From NCBI GenBank assembly GCA_036012755.1, contig DASCPX010000193.1, positions 1 through 64,000 of the forward strand: DNA of 64,000 nt, read 5' to 3'. The notes under the pieces were generated by a model that saw only the letters and a list, made by a program, of their open reading frames with translations, searched no databases and was not told the origin of the DNA. The translations under genes were made by a program, and so were the position numbers. This stretch comes from Myxococcota bacterium. Lineage in GTDB: Bacteria; Myxococcota_A; UBA796; CAJQPC01. How positions within the stretch are numbered: position 1 is the stretch's first letter; each line of letters begins with the position of its first letter. Positions 28,866-38,892 of the stretch are shown piece after piece.

Positions 28866-30458
28866 ATGAGCCCGCCCGCCGCCGACAAGCGCTTGCTGCT
28901 GGCCGGGGCGGCCGCAGTCCTGGTGCTGGTCCTCTGGTCCGCTCGGGGCGTGCTCCTCGATCCCGCCGGGCTCATCCTGGGGGACCGCCCGGACACGATC
29001 CATCACGTGTGGGGCCAGTGGTGGATGGCTCAGTCGGGCGCCGAGGGAGGCCTCAGCACCTGGACCAGCTACCCGAGCGGCGAGTACGGCTCGGTCCTCT
29101 GCCCCCTGGGGAACCTGCTCGTCCGCCCCGTCGAGTGGCTCGGCGGCGCCGTGCTCGCCTACAACCTGCTGTCGGTGCTCTACCTGCTCTTCGACGCCCT
29201 CGCGGTGGGGCTCCTGGCCCGGCGGGTGGCCCGGAGCGACCTCGCCGGGGTCGTGGCGGCTCTCGCGATGGTCGTCGCCCGGCCCGTGATCGCACACGTC
29301 GCCCTCGGCAACACGGAGGGCGCCGCCATCGGCTGGGTGGCGCTGGTGGCCTGGGTCGGCCTCCCCTGGGCCCGCGGAGAGAACCGCCTCGGCGCCGTCG
29401 TCGGCCTGCTCTGCGGCGTCGCGGTAATCGAGAACCCCTACAGCCTCCCGATCCTCGCCATCGTGGCCCCGGCGCTGGCGCTGCGGCGGCTGGTCGCCGG
29501 CCCCGGTCGCTGGCGGCAGCTCGCCCTCGCGGCGGTCGCTGGTCCGATCCTCCCCGGCCTCCGGCTCTGGCAGGTCGGCGAGGGCCTCGGCGGCAACTTC
29601 ATGCGCCACGCCGCGCCCTTCGACTGGCTGGGCTTCACGTGGACGGTCTGGGATCCGGACTGGAGCCTGGCCGGCTGGCAGCTCCTCTGGCCCTGGCCGC
29701 GCATGCAGTTCCCCGAGATGACGCTCGAGCTCTACGAAAACGGCGGCTTCGCCTTCGTCGGCCTGGTCGCCCTCTGCCTGGCCCTGGGCGGTGGTGTCCT
29801 CCAGTGGCGGAGGGCCCTGCCCTGGCTCGGGCTGGCGCTCCTCTTCTTCCTCCTGGGCCTGGGCTCGACGCCCCTCGGCGACTCGGGACCGCCCGGGCTC
29901 TTCCTGCTGGCGAACTCGGTGATCGTGCAGGTCCTGCCGGCCCTCACACAACCCCTGCGCTTCCTGGCCTTCGGGACCGGCGCGCTCGCGGTGGCCGCGG
30001 GGGTGGGCGCGGCCCGGCTGCCCTCGAGGCCGTGGGTCGCGCCCCTGTTGCTCGCGCTCCTGGTCGTCGAGGGCTTCACCCTCGGCGGCCCCTCGATCCG
30101 GATCCCCGTGATCGACACCCGCGGCACCGAGTGCCTGGCTGCGCTCGAGGGGCCGGTCCACACCCTGACGCCGACCGGACCCACGGCATCGGCCAACGGC
30201 GCCGCCCTGCTGCTTCAGCTCGTGCACGGCCAGCCCGGGACCCACGTGGGCGTAGGGGGGTGGACCCGAGTCGACGAGGCGGACGCCCGCTCCCTCGAGG
30301 AGCGAGGCGTGCGCTGGGTCCTCGTGCCCGAGGAGGGGCTCGCCGCGACGACCTGCGGCGGCTGGAGCGCCCTTCCGCTGAGCGCCTGGACCCCCGAGCT
30401 GGAGCAGCGCTTCGCCCCGGGCCAAGGCCCCAGCCCGCAGCCCCGTCCGCTGCGCTGA
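28866..30458 (+). CDS. Polytopic membrane protein, GT-C-like glycosyltransferase (paralog 3)
   Basis: PDTIHHVW...YPSG; many TM; C-terminal QLVHGQP, GVRWVLV. Confidence 0.65.
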   Translation: MSPPAADKRLLLAGAAAVLVLVLWSARGVLLDPAGLILGDRPDTIHHVWGQWWMAQSGAEGGLSTWTSYPSGEYGSVLCPLGNLLVRPVEWLGGAVLAYNLLSVLYLLFDALAVGLLARRVARSDLAGVVAALAMVVARPVIAHVALGNTEGAAIGWVALVAWVGLPWARGENRLGAVVGLLCGVAVIENPYSLPILAIVAPALALRRLVAGPGRWRQLALAAVAGPILPGLRLWQVGEGLGGNFMRHAAPFDWLGFTWTVWDPDWSLAGWQLLWPWPRMQFPEMTLELYENGGFAFVGLVALCLALGGGVLQWRRALPWLGLALLFFLLGLGSTPLGDSGPPGLFLLANSVIVQVLPALTQPLRFLAFGTGALAVAAGVGAARLPSRPWVAPLLLALLVVEGFTLGGPSIRIPVIDTRGTECLAALEGPVHTLTPTGPTASANGAALLLQLVHGQPGTHVGVGGWTRVDEADARSLEERGVRWVLVPEEGLAATTCGGWSALPLSAWTPELEQRFAPGQGPSPQPRPLR

Positions 30459-30499
30459 GGCCGCGAGAGAAAAAAGCGGCCGCGCCCATGACAGGCGCA

Positions 30500-30516
30500 G
30501 TAAACAGTGTGTATAC
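30500..30516. promoter_or_regulatory. AT-rich imperfect palindrome, candidate repressor operator
   Basis: GTAAACA-gtg-TGTATAC (arms match 6/7), 8 bp upstream of ATG 30525. Confidence 0.45.
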
Positions 30517-30524
30517 ATGCGCCG

Positions 30525-31435
30525 ATGTTCGCCTCGATCCTAGCTTGTACACCGGCCCCAGAGGGCTACGACCTGTCCACCCAAGAGCTCGAAGAGGAGC
30601 TCGAAGAGGAGCTCGAAGAGGCCGACAGCGCCGAACCGCGGGACAGCGACCCACCGACCGACACCGGAGAGGACGACCCGCAAGAGGACAGCGACCCGCC
30701 AGACCCAGAGGGCTGGATCGACGAGGTCGGCCTCTACATCAACCTCGGAGACTCGGTCGCGGCCGGCTACGCGCCGGCGGCGAGTACGGCTACGCCTGGC
30801 TGCTGGACGAGAACCGGGGCTGGTCGAGCTACGAGGGCCAGGACCTCTCCACGCGCTCCGCCGCCCAGGTGAAGCACATCGCCGACTCCGGAGCGACCAG
30901 CGCCGAGATCCTCGAGAACCTGCGCTCGGCCTCGCTCCCGAGCGTCTCAGGCGAGGTGGTCGTGACCATCAGCGCCGGCGGCAACGACTTCAACGACGAG
31001 ATCACCACGATGGTGTTCTCGGCCTACACCGAGGCCGCGGCAGCCGGGGTTCGAGAGAACCTCGCGGCGATGATCGACGAGCTCAGGGACCACTACCCGG
31101 AGGCCCGGATCTACGTGATGAACATCCAGGATCCGACTGGCGGAACCGGAACCGTACCCGCGGGCCTGGACGAGGGCTTCTGCAGCTTCGTCGACCAGTG
31201 GGGCGCCTACATCGGACCGACGGTGGTCGAGAACCTGGGCATCATGAACGCCGCGATCGCCGAGGAGACCGCCACCCAGGGAGCGGAGCTCGTGGACTAC
31301 AACGACTGGTTCCTGGACCATGGCCTCAACACCAGCGACGGCTGGATGAGCGACGACTGCGCCCATCCAACCGACGAAGGTCACCACGAGATCCGCCGGC
31401 TCATCTGGTCCAGCTGGACCGGGGATCTCTACTGA
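30525..31435 (+). pseudogene. SGNH/GDSL hydrolase lipoprotein split by an apparent 1-nt deletion near 30771 (pseudogene or sequence error)
   Basis: First frame: MFASILAC...NLGDSVAAGY. Second frame: AGGEYGYAWLL...SAGGND...DCAHPTDEGH. Confidence 0.75.
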
Positions 31436-31493
31436 TCACTCGCTGATGCGCATGATCATCGAGGCGCCGTCGGGGGCGGAGCCCACCGCGGAT

Positions 31494-33935
31494 CTACGGC
31501 GTCGTCGAGTACCCGGGGTCCGGATCGCAGGCGTCCGCTTCGGCCGTAGAAGCGTCGCTGCTGCCCTCTGCGTAGGTGTTGAGCTCGTTGTAGTCCAGCC
31601 GGATCCGACCGACCCCGCCGTCGCCGCCGAGGCGAGTGTGGGTGGTCTCTCCGTCGCCGCCCGCGGCGGACAGCGCGTCGGTGGCCAGGGTCATGGCGTC
31701 CGCGACCAGGAAGATCGAGCCCCCGGCCCCGCCGCCGGCGCCGTATGTCCAGGTGCCCTGAGCCGCGTTGTCGGTGGATCCGCCGTCAGCCAACAGCCCG
31801 TCCGCGTCGTCCACCTCGATCTCGAAGGCCGCGATGTAGACCATGCCCGCGCCGTCACCCCCCGGTCCGGGCGTGCCCCCGCTCGGCGTGGTGGTGCCTC
31901 GCCAGACGCCGCCGCCGCCAGAGCCGAAGAACAGGGTCGACAGATCCGCCGAGCCGTAGGTGTCCCCAGCGTATGGCGCCGTCGCCGAGCCGCCGGTCCA
32001 GGAGTCGCCGTCGGTAGCGCCCCCGGCGTACTCGCCGCCCGCACCGGTGATGTGGGCGCCGCCACCGCCATAGTTGTTGATCCAGTGGCCGTAGCTCTCG
32101 TTGTAGGCGGAGCAGGCGCCGTCACCGTCACCGTCCCCTTCTCCAGCGTAGGACTCGCCCTGGTAGCTGTCGCAGTTGTACGAGGTCCCGGTCGCGCCAG
32201 CCTCGTAGCCGAGCTCGCTGACGGAGACGCTCGAGCCGCTCTCGACGCTGACGGTGCCGGTCGCGCGCAGGGCCAGGATGCCCCCTGACTCGCCGTCCCA
32301 CGCGTCCACCGACAGACTCGACGAGCCCGTGATCGTGACGTCCGTGTAGTTCGGCACGCGCTGCACCAAGACCGTCTGGTCGGTCAGATCGGCGTTGGAT
32401 GACTCGCCGTAGGTGCTGGAGACCGCAGAGGTCAGGGTGATGGTCGTGGTGGTCACCGAGTCGACCTCGCCGAACTCGTAGGCGCCGACGTTGGTGTAGG
32501 AGCTGTCGGAGCCGTGGAGGTTGATCAAGAGCACCTCGTCGCCCGCCGCGAGCCCGCTCAGGGTGCCGTCCACCGTCACGTCGGAGCCGCTGATGGCGCT
32601 CACCGGCCAGCTGACGATGTCGCCGGAGTCGTGCAGGTTCGTGTCGGATGAGACGCTCAGCGCCCCGTCGCTGCCGGAGCCGGTCCAGTGGGCGTCGTCC
32701 ACGTCCCCGTCGCAGTCGTTGTCGACCCCGTCGTAGCGCTCGCGCGCGCCCGGGTAGGTGTCCGCGTCCGTGTCGTCACAGTCCGTGTCGTCCTCGACGA
32801 AGCCCCTCGGCTGGTCGCACTCGTCGTCGCTGACCGACGCGTTGCCGTAGCCGTCGCTGTCGGCGTCCTCGTACCAGGTCGTCACGTCCAGCGCCGAGTC
32901 CTCGTCCGTGTCCCCGTCACAGTCGTCGTCGATGCCGTTGCAGTACTCGTCGGCCCCGGGCCAGACGTCCGCGTCGGTGTCGTCGCAGTCGTCCGTGTTG
33001 TCGACGTAGCCGCTGGGGGCGTCGCAGGCCTCTGCGCTGAAGCTGCCATCGCCGTAGCCGTCGCTGTCGTAGTCGATGTACCAGGTCTCCCCGTCGGTGA
33101 GCCCCGGGTCCTCGTCGTCGATCCAGTCGTTGCAGTCGTCGTCGATGTCGTTGCAGACCTCTGCCGCGTCCGGGTTCACCGCCGGATCGCCGTCGTCGCA
33201 GTCGGTGTCGTCGTCGACGTAGCCGCTGGGTGCGTCGCAGGCCTCGACGCTGTTCTCGGATCCAAAGCCGTCGCTGTCGCCGTCCTCGTACCAGGTGGAG
33301 AAGTCCACGGCGTCCTCGTCCGTGTCACCGTCGCAGTCGTCGTCGACGTCGTTGCAGACCTCTGTGCCGTCGGGGTTCACCGAGGCGGAGGTGTCGTCGC
33401 AGTCCCCGGTCCGCGCGCTGTAGCCCTCGGGCGGGTCACAGGCATCGAGGGTGGCCTCCCCACCCCAGCCGTCGTTGTCGCTGTCCTCGTACCAGAGCTC
33501 GGTGACGTCTTCGTCGACCTCGCCGTCGCAGTCGTTGTCGACCTCGTCGCAGCGCTCGGCGGCCTCTGGATAGGTGTTCGGGTCGAGGTCGTCGCAGTCG
33601 GCGCCGTTGTCGGCGGTCCCGGAAGGCTGCTCGCAGGAGCTCGAAGCGACTGAGGAGTCGCCGAAGCCGTCTTCGTCGGCGTCTCGGTACCAGGTTCCCG
33701 CGTCGGTGGCGTCGTCCTCGTCGATCTCCCCATCGCAGTCGTCGTCGATGTCGTTACAGAGCTCCTCGGCGTCCGGGAACACCGCCGGGTCCTGGTCGTC
33801 GCAGTCTTCGGTCTCGTCGAAGCCGTCTCCGTCGAGGTCGTCCGGGAGCGTCAGACCCGCGCTGTCGTGCACGACGGCGGTGTCGGCGATGTAGTCCTTG
33901 TTGCGGCAGCCAAGGGTTGCGAGGACCAAGAGCAT
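31494..33935 (-). CDS. Surface lipoprotein with Asp/Cys-rich putative metal-binding (MopE-type) repeats and a Gly-rich C-terminal domain
   Basis: MLLVLATLGC leader; about six repeats of WYxDxDxDG(F/Y)G...DCDD...P...E.C.xxDDDCDG; GGGAGGS motifs. Confidence 0.88.
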   Translation of the reverse strand: MLLVLATLGCRNKDYIADTAVVHDSAGLTLPDDLDGDGFDETEDCDDQDPAVFPDAEELCNDIDDDCDGEIDEDDATDAGTWYRDADEDGFGDSSVASSSCEQPSGTADNGADCDDLDPNTYPEAAERCDEVDNDCDGEVDEDVTELWYEDSDNDGWGGEATLDACDPPEGYSARTGDCDDTSASVNPDGTEVCNDVDDDCDGDTDEDAVDFSTWYEDGDSDGFGSENSVEACDAPSGYVDDDTDCDDGDPAVNPDAAEVCNDIDDDCNDWIDDEDPGLTDGETWYIDYDSDGYGDGSFSAEACDAPSGYVDNTDDCDDTDADVWPGADEYCNGIDDDCDGDTDEDSALDVTTWYEDADSDGYGNASVSDDECDQPRGFVEDDTDCDDTDADTYPGARERYDGVDNDCDGDVDDAHWTGSGSDGALSVSSDTNLHDSGDIVSWPVSAISGSDVTVDGTLSGLAAGDEVLLINLHGSDSSYTNVGAYEFGEVDSVTTTTITLTSAVSSTYGESSNADLTDQTVLVQRVPNYTDVTITGSSSLSVDAWDGESGGILALRATGTVSVESGSSVSVSELGYEAGATGTSYNCDSYQGESYAGEGDGDGDGACSAYNESYGHWINNYGGGGAHITGAGGEYAGGATDGDSWTGGSATAPYAGDTYGSADLSTLFFGSGGGGVWRGTTTPSGGTPGPGGDGAGMVYIAAFEIEVDDADGLLADGGSTDNAAQGTWTYGAGGGAGGSIFLVADAMTLATDALSAAGGDGETTHTRLGGDGGVGRIRLDYNELNTYAEGSSDASTAEADACDPDPGYSTTP

Positions 33936-34002
33936 GCGGATCTCCAGAGGGCAAGAGATCCACCTTAGACCCAGTCGGTGCCGAGAGACTTACACTCCGG
34001 CG

Positions 34003-35829
34003 ATGCCAGATCAGACAAAGGGAATCGACACCGCCATCGGGCGGGTCGGCGATGTGCTGTACTTCCTCGGGGTAGGGCTGTTTCCCTTCAGCCTCGGCTC
34101 GGTCGTCGGCTTCTATGCCGCGGACCAGGGCGTGCGCTGGCTGCCGGACACCATCGGCTGGGTGCTCGGGGGCTGCCTGTCGGCCCTGATGCTGATCATC
34201 GTCGGCCGCTGGCTACGAGGCCGGCTCTACACGATGACCGAGCACGGCCTCAAGCTCAGCCGGCGCCTGACCGTGGCCGTCGCGCTCTTCGCCGTCGGCC
34301 TGAGCGGCTGGCTGGTCGTCTTCTGGCTGGAGAAGCCCGCGCCCTTGACGGAGCTCCCGCGCAAGGACTTCGAGGCCGCCTGGGCGATCGACGCCCAGAA
34401 CTACGAGGATCTGAACGCCAGCGCCGAGCTGCTGCTGGTGCGCCTGGAGATCTCCCCGATGTTCCAGGAGGGAGACCGGCTGCTGACCGCCGACGAGGAG
34501 GCCGAGCTCCTGGTCGCCTGGCGCTCGATGTACGACCTCTGCTTCGCGCTGGACCAGATCCGCGTCTTCTACGAGGACTGGTACCGCTTCGACCCCTCCC
34601 GAGCGGAGCGCAGCTACCACCTGCGCAGCTTCTTGCTGCTGCACCTGTCCGAGCTCGCCATCTACGAGAAGTCCACCCGCTTCGCGACCCTGGTCACGCA
34701 GAACGCCGACGCCGAGAAGCTCCTGAACACCCCTCACCCCCAGCTCGGACTGCAAGAGGACAGCTTCTCCCTCTTCCGACAGCAGCTCCACTCCTCTGAC
34801 GAGGCCGGACGACTGCTGGCGGCCCAGCGCTACCGCAGCTTCTTCGGCACGGCGATGGACGGCGAGAACGAGGCTCGCAGCTACGGCGCGGGCAACCTCT
34901 GGGCCGCGGTCGAGCAGCACCGCAGCGTGATCAACTCGGTGAACCCGCTGGAGCGCGGCGAGACCTCTGTGCGCGGCGACCTGCAGCTCTTGAAGCGAGC
35001 CGTTCGCCACACCTGGTACCCGACACAGAAGACCGTCGCGGAGTGGTTCGGCGACACGCGGACCAGGCGCATCGGCTGGTACCTCATAGGCGAAGAAGAT
35101 GTCGCCGAGATGGACCCGGCGCTCGAGCCTGGGGACATCCTGTTGTCGCGCAAGAACTGGTACCTCAGCAACATCGGCCTTCCCGGCTTCTGGCCGCATG
35201 GGCTCGTCTACATCGGCGACTCGGAGAAGTTCCAGGACTACTTCGACGAGCCAGAGGTCCGCGCCTGGCTCCTCGAGGAGACCGGCGAAGACCAGCGCCT
35301 GGATCAGTACCTCTCCGAGCGCTGGCCCCAGCACTGGAGCCGCTACGTGCTGGGCGACGACGGTCACCCGCACCGCGTCCTGGAGGCGATCAGCGAGGGC
35401 GTGGTCTTCAACACCCTGGAGCACGCCTCTGGCGACTACCTCGCCGCGATGCGCCCGCGGCTGGACAAGGTGGCGAAGGCCCAGGCAATCGTCGAGGGCT
35501 TCGAGCACCTCGACAAGCCCTACGACTTCGACTTCGACTTCGCCACCGACCACGCGCTGGTCTGCACAGAGCTCGTCTGGCGCATGTACCGGCCCGCCGA
35601 GGGGAAGGAGGGGCTCGACTTCGACATCGTCGAGGTCGCCGGTCGGCGAACGCTCCCTGCGAACGTGATGGTCGAGCAGTTCGCCCGGGAGAGGGGCACC
35701 GACGACCAGCAGCTCGACTTCATCTGGTTCTACGACGCGCGGGAGCGAGAGCAGGATGTCGTCGTCGCCGACGAAGAGGCCTTCGCGACATCCTGGGAGC
35801 GAGTCAAGTGGGACGTCGCCCAAGAGTAA
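34003..35829 (+). CDS. Membrane-anchored permuted papain-like (YiiX/YebB, NlpC/P60) cysteine hydrolase
   Basis: 3 N-terminal TM; PGDILLSR, GFWPHGLVY, LEAISEGV, PYDFDF, LVCTELVW; TACACT 6 nt before ATG 34003. Confidence 0.8.
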   Translation: MPDQTKGIDTAIGRVGDVLYFLGVGLFPFSLGSVVGFYAADQGVRWLPDTIGWVLGGCLSALMLIIVGRWLRGRLYTMTEHGLKLSRRLTVAVALFAVGLSGWLVVFWLEKPAPLTELPRKDFEAAWAIDAQNYEDLNASAELLLVRLEISPMFQEGDRLLTADEEAELLVAWRSMYDLCFALDQIRVFYEDWYRFDPSRAERSYHLRSFLLLHLSELAIYEKSTRFATLVTQNADAEKLLNTPHPQLGLQEDSFSLFRQQLHSSDEAGRLLAAQRYRSFFGTAMDGENEARSYGAGNLWAAVEQHRSVINSVNPLERGETSVRGDLQLLKRAVRHTWYPTQKTVAEWFGDTRTRRIGWYLIGEEDVAEMDPALEPGDILLSRKNWYLSNIGLPGFWPHGLVYIGDSEKFQDYFDEPEVRAWLLEETGEDQRLDQYLSERWPQHWSRYVLGDDGHPHRVLEAISEGVVFNTLEHASGDYLAAMRPRLDKVAKAQAIVEGFEHLDKPYDFDFDFATDHALVCTELVWRMYRPAEGKEGLDFDIVEVAGRRTLPANVMVEQFARERGTDDQQLDFIWFYDAREREQDVVVADEEAFATSWERVKWDVAQE

Positions 35830-35903
35830 GGCTTACAGGTCTTCAGTCTTCGGCTGGATGACATCTCGTGGCATCCTGAGACAGTCTTCGGTAGGAGGTC
35901 ACC

Positions 35904-36305
35904 ATGCGTCTGAACCGTGTCGTCGCGCGCTACCGGTCTGGGGACCTCGTGAAGGGCATGACGACGGACTTCGACCGCGCCGCCCTGCGTTTTCACGTAG
36001 AGCCGACCTGCAACGCGTACACCCAGACCGTCGTCGACGTGCGCATGCTGAAAGCGGTCTTCTTCGTCCGCGAGCTGGCGGGTGACCGCTACTACGACGA
36101 AGACAACGAGTTCGACGAGATGGGCCGCCCGGTCGGCACGATTCGCGTCACGGTGAGGTTCCGAGACGGCGAGATCCTGCGCGGCTACACCCACGAGAGA
36201 GAGCGCAGGGGCGAGGGCTTCTTCATGATCCCCAGCGATCCCTTCAGCAACAACCGGCGGATCTTCGTGGTCTACGGCGCGGTGGAGAACCTCTACTTCC
36301 AGTAG
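35904..36305 (+). CDS. DUF6982-like protein
   Basis: AGGAGG RBS; VVARYRSGDLVKGMTTDF, LKAVFFVR, VRFRDGE.LRG, GFF.IP.D...NNRRIFV. Confidence 0.7.
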   Translation: MRLNRVVARYRSGDLVKGMTTDFDRAALRFHVEPTCNAYTQTVVDVRMLKAVFFVRELAGDRYYDEDNEFDEMGRPVGTIRVTVRFRDGEILRGYTHERERRGEGFFMIPSDPFSNNRRIFVVYGAVENLYFQ

Positions 36306-36360
36306 GCGAGTCCTCGTCCATGAACCTGTCGGACATCGAGACCGACCATGGGAGCCCCCA

Positions 36361-37116
36361 GTGGAGGTGATCCGCATCCCTGTCCTGCAGGACAACTACG
36401 TCTGGCTGATCCGCTCGGGCGAGGCGGTGGGCGTCGTCGACCCGCCCCTGCGCGAACCCGTGCTCGACGCGCTGGCCGAGCGCGGCTGGAGCCTGGACTG
36501 GATCATCACCACCCACCACCACTGGGATCACACGGGGGCGAACCTGGCCTTGAAGGAGGCGACCGGCTGCCGCGTCGTCGGCTCTGGACACGACCGGGAC
36601 CGCATCCCGGGCATCGACGTGGAACTCCGGGACGCTGACCGCTGGAGCTTCGGGGACGACGAAGCCGAGGTGCTCTTCGTCCCCGGTCACACCAGGGGCC
36701 ACGTCGCCTACTACTTCGCTGCGGCCGGGAGGCTGTTCTGCGGCGACACACTCTTCCTCGGCGGCTGCGGCAGGCTCTTCGAGGGCACGCCGGGGCAGAT
36801 GTGGACCAGCCTCTCGAGGATCCGCGATCTACCAGGGGACACCTGGGTCCACTGCGCCCACGAGTACACGGCGTCCAACCTGCGCTTCGCGCTGACCATC
36901 GAGCCCGAGAACGCATCGCTGGTCGCGCGAGCCGAGGAGGTCCGGCGACTGCGTGAGGTTGGCGAGCCGACGGTGCCGGACCGCCTCGCGCGGGAGCTGG
37001 AGACCAACCCCTTCGTACGCGCCGACCACCCTGACGTCGCTGCGGCGGTGGGTCTGAGCCCATCCCAGCCTGCCGAGGTCCTTGGCGCAGTGCGGGCGCT
37101 CAAGGACAGCTTCTGA
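36361..37116 (+). CDS. gloB: Hydroxyacylglutathione hydrolase (glyoxalase II)
   Basis: DNYVWL, THHHWDHTG, PGHTRGH, FCGDTLF.GGCGRLFEG, CAHEYT..N, TNPF.R. Confidence 0.93.
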   Translation: MEVIRIPVLQDNYVWLIRSGEAVGVVDPPLREPVLDALAERGWSLDWIITTHHHWDHTGANLALKEATGCRVVGSGHDRDRIPGIDVELRDADRWSFGDDEAEVLFVPGHTRGHVAYYFAAAGRLFCGDTLFLGGCGRLFEGTPGQMWTSLSRIRDLPGDTWVHCAHEYTASNLRFALTIEPENASLVARAEEVRRLREVGEPTVPDRLARELETNPFVRADHPDVAAAVGLSPSQPAEVLGAVRALKDSF

Positions 37117-37136
37117 TCCCGGGCCGCCACGCCGAG

Positions 37137-37871
37137 GTGCTCGGTGGGGACACTCTCTGGCGGGAGAGCGGCTCGGGCCCCCCGCTCTTGCTGCTGCACG
37201 GTGTGCCGACCTCGTCCCTGTTGTTCCGAGACGTGATGGACCACCTGCCAGGGCGCGTCATCGCCCCGGACCTCCCGGGCTACGGGGACAGCGCACCGCT
37301 GCGGGCCGTGGACCTCGGGGCCTACGTCGACTGGCTCGAGGCCTTCCTGTCCATGCTCGGGCTCGACTCTGTCACCGTCGCCGGGCAGGACTTCGGGGCC
37401 TACCTCGGCGCCGGGCTGGCGGGACGCGGCAGGGTGGAGGCTCTGGTGCTGACCTCGACGGCGCTTTCATGGGGCTGGGCGCCCTCTGTCCTGGCGGCGC
37501 TCCCACCCTTCGACCGGCTCTTCTACAGCCTCTTTGGCGGGCGCGCCTACCTCGCCCGTGCAGAGCGCGGGCAGGTGCTGACGGCCCTGCACGTGGGTCG
37601 CATCGAGTCCGACCCGGACCTTGTGGGGCGCATGCGTCGCACGGCGCTTGCGATCCGAGGCGTCGATCCAGAGCCCCTGCGACAGATCCCGACGACCTGC
37701 ATCTGGGGCTCGGAGGATCCGCTCTTCCCAGCGTGGATGGGCCGCCGGACCGCAGCTGCCATCGGGGCACGGTGGCAGCTCATCGAGGGCGGACGACACA
37801 CGTTGCCCTGGGATCGACCGCTTCAGTGGGCCGCGGCGGTGAGGGAGTTCCTTCAAGGCAACCCCGACTGA
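37137..37871 (+). CDS. Alpha/beta-fold hydrolase
   Basis: LLLHGVP, APDLPGYGDS, GQDFG (Asp nucleophile type), WGSEDP, GRH. Confidence 0.85.
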   Translation: MLGGDTLWRESGSGPPLLLLHGVPTSSLLFRDVMDHLPGRVIAPDLPGYGDSAPLRAVDLGAYVDWLEAFLSMLGLDSVTVAGQDFGAYLGAGLAGRGRVEALVLTSTALSWGWAPSVLAALPPFDRLFYSLFGGRAYLARAERGQVLTALHVGRIESDPDLVGRMRRTALAIRGVDPEPLRQIPTTCIWGSEDPLFPAWMGRRTAAAIGARWQLIEGGRHTLPWDRPLQWAAAVREFLQGNPD

Positions 37872-37901
37872 TCCGTTGGGTCCGGCAGGAGGGTCCACCC
37901 A

Positions 37902-38891
37902 ATGGCGGCCGCTTGTCCCCAGCCCGACCTCGTGAGCTTGATTCGAGCAGGCGAGGTCGAGGACCTTCGCGGAGCCTGGCTCGTCGACGCCGATCTCACC
38001 GGTGTCGATCTGACCGGCGCGGACCTGTCCGGCGCGGACCTGTCCCGGGCGAAGCTCGCCGGAGCCACGCTGATGCTGGCGGACCTCTCGGAAGCGACGC
38101 TCTTCGAGGCGGATCTCAGCGGAGTCGAGGCGACCGGTGCTTGCTTCCGAAAGGCTCACCTGAGCCACTGCAAGGCCCCCGAGGCTGGCTTTGGGCGGGC
38201 CGACTTCACCGGCGCCGAGCTCGTCGGTGCCTCCTTCGAGGGGGCCAGCTTCACCCAGGCGACACTCGACGACGTCGACGCCCGCACGGCCGACTTCTCG
38301 AAGGCCCGCCTGACCGAGGCCTCCGTCCAGGGGAGCGACTTCACTCGCGCGCGGCTCTGCGAGACCGATCTCCAGGATGCCAGGGTGGACGGCGCGTTCT
38401 TCCAGCGGGCGGACCTCCGCGGCGCCAGCTTCAGGGGAGTGCGCGGCTACCCGACCGCGAACTGGGTGGGCGCGGACCTTCGCGACGCCGACTTCTGCGG
38501 CGCCTACCTGCTCCGCCGCGAGGCCATCGACCAGAACTTCCTCTGGGAGTTCCGACGCCACAGCCGCACCAACGCGATGCTCTACATGGCCTGGAAGGCC
38601 ACCTCGGACTGCGGTCGCAGCGTCGCGCGCTGGGCGACGCTCACCGGCTTCATCGCCTTGTTGTTCGCCGGAGCCTACTGCTTCGTCCCGATCGACTTCG
38701 GAGGCGACGAGACCTGGCTGTCGCCGCTCTACTTCTCGGTCGTGACGCTGACGACCCTCGGCTACGGCGACGCCCTGCCGACCAACGTCCTGAGCCAGGT
38801 GGTGGTGATGGTGGAGGTGGTCCTCGGCTACGTGATGCTCGGAGGTCTGCTCAGCATCTTCGCGAACAAGATGGCGTCCCGAGGAGAGTGA
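37902..38891 (+). CDS. Pentapeptide-repeat protein fused to a two-TM potassium-channel domain
   Basis: Extensive A(D/N)LxG / ADF repeats; YFSVVTLTTLGYGD selectivity filter. Confidence 0.88.
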   Translation: MAAACPQPDLVSLIRAGEVEDLRGAWLVDADLTGVDLTGADLSGADLSRAKLAGATLMLADLSEATLFEADLSGVEATGACFRKAHLSHCKAPEAGFGRADFTGAELVGASFEGASFTQATLDDVDARTADFSKARLTEASVQGSDFTRARLCETDLQDARVDGAFFQRADLRGASFRGVRGYPTANWVGADLRDADFCGAYLLRREAIDQNFLWEFRRHSRTNAMLYMAWKATSDCGRSVARWATLTGFIALLFAGAYCFVPIDFGGDETWLSPLYFSVVTLTTLGYGDALPTNVLSQVVVMVEVVLGYVMLGGLLSIFANKMASRGE

Positions 38892-38892
38892 G

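Noticed and set aside
11432..29000. Very long alternative-frame ORFs (e.g. 14789..17440, 19755..22340, 22109..25060, and the 5' parts of 11432..14032 and 21143..23497)
   Set aside because: Arg/Pro/Gly-rich shadow frames expected in high-GC coding DNA; they overlap genes with clear family motifs
17676..30500. Envelope cluster as a mobile island
   Set aside because: No integrase, transposase, tRNA target or flanking direct repeats seen; the GC shift is only an impression
31494..33935. DNA-level repeat array
   Set aside because: The repeats are degenerate coding repeats of a known Asp/Cys-rich motif
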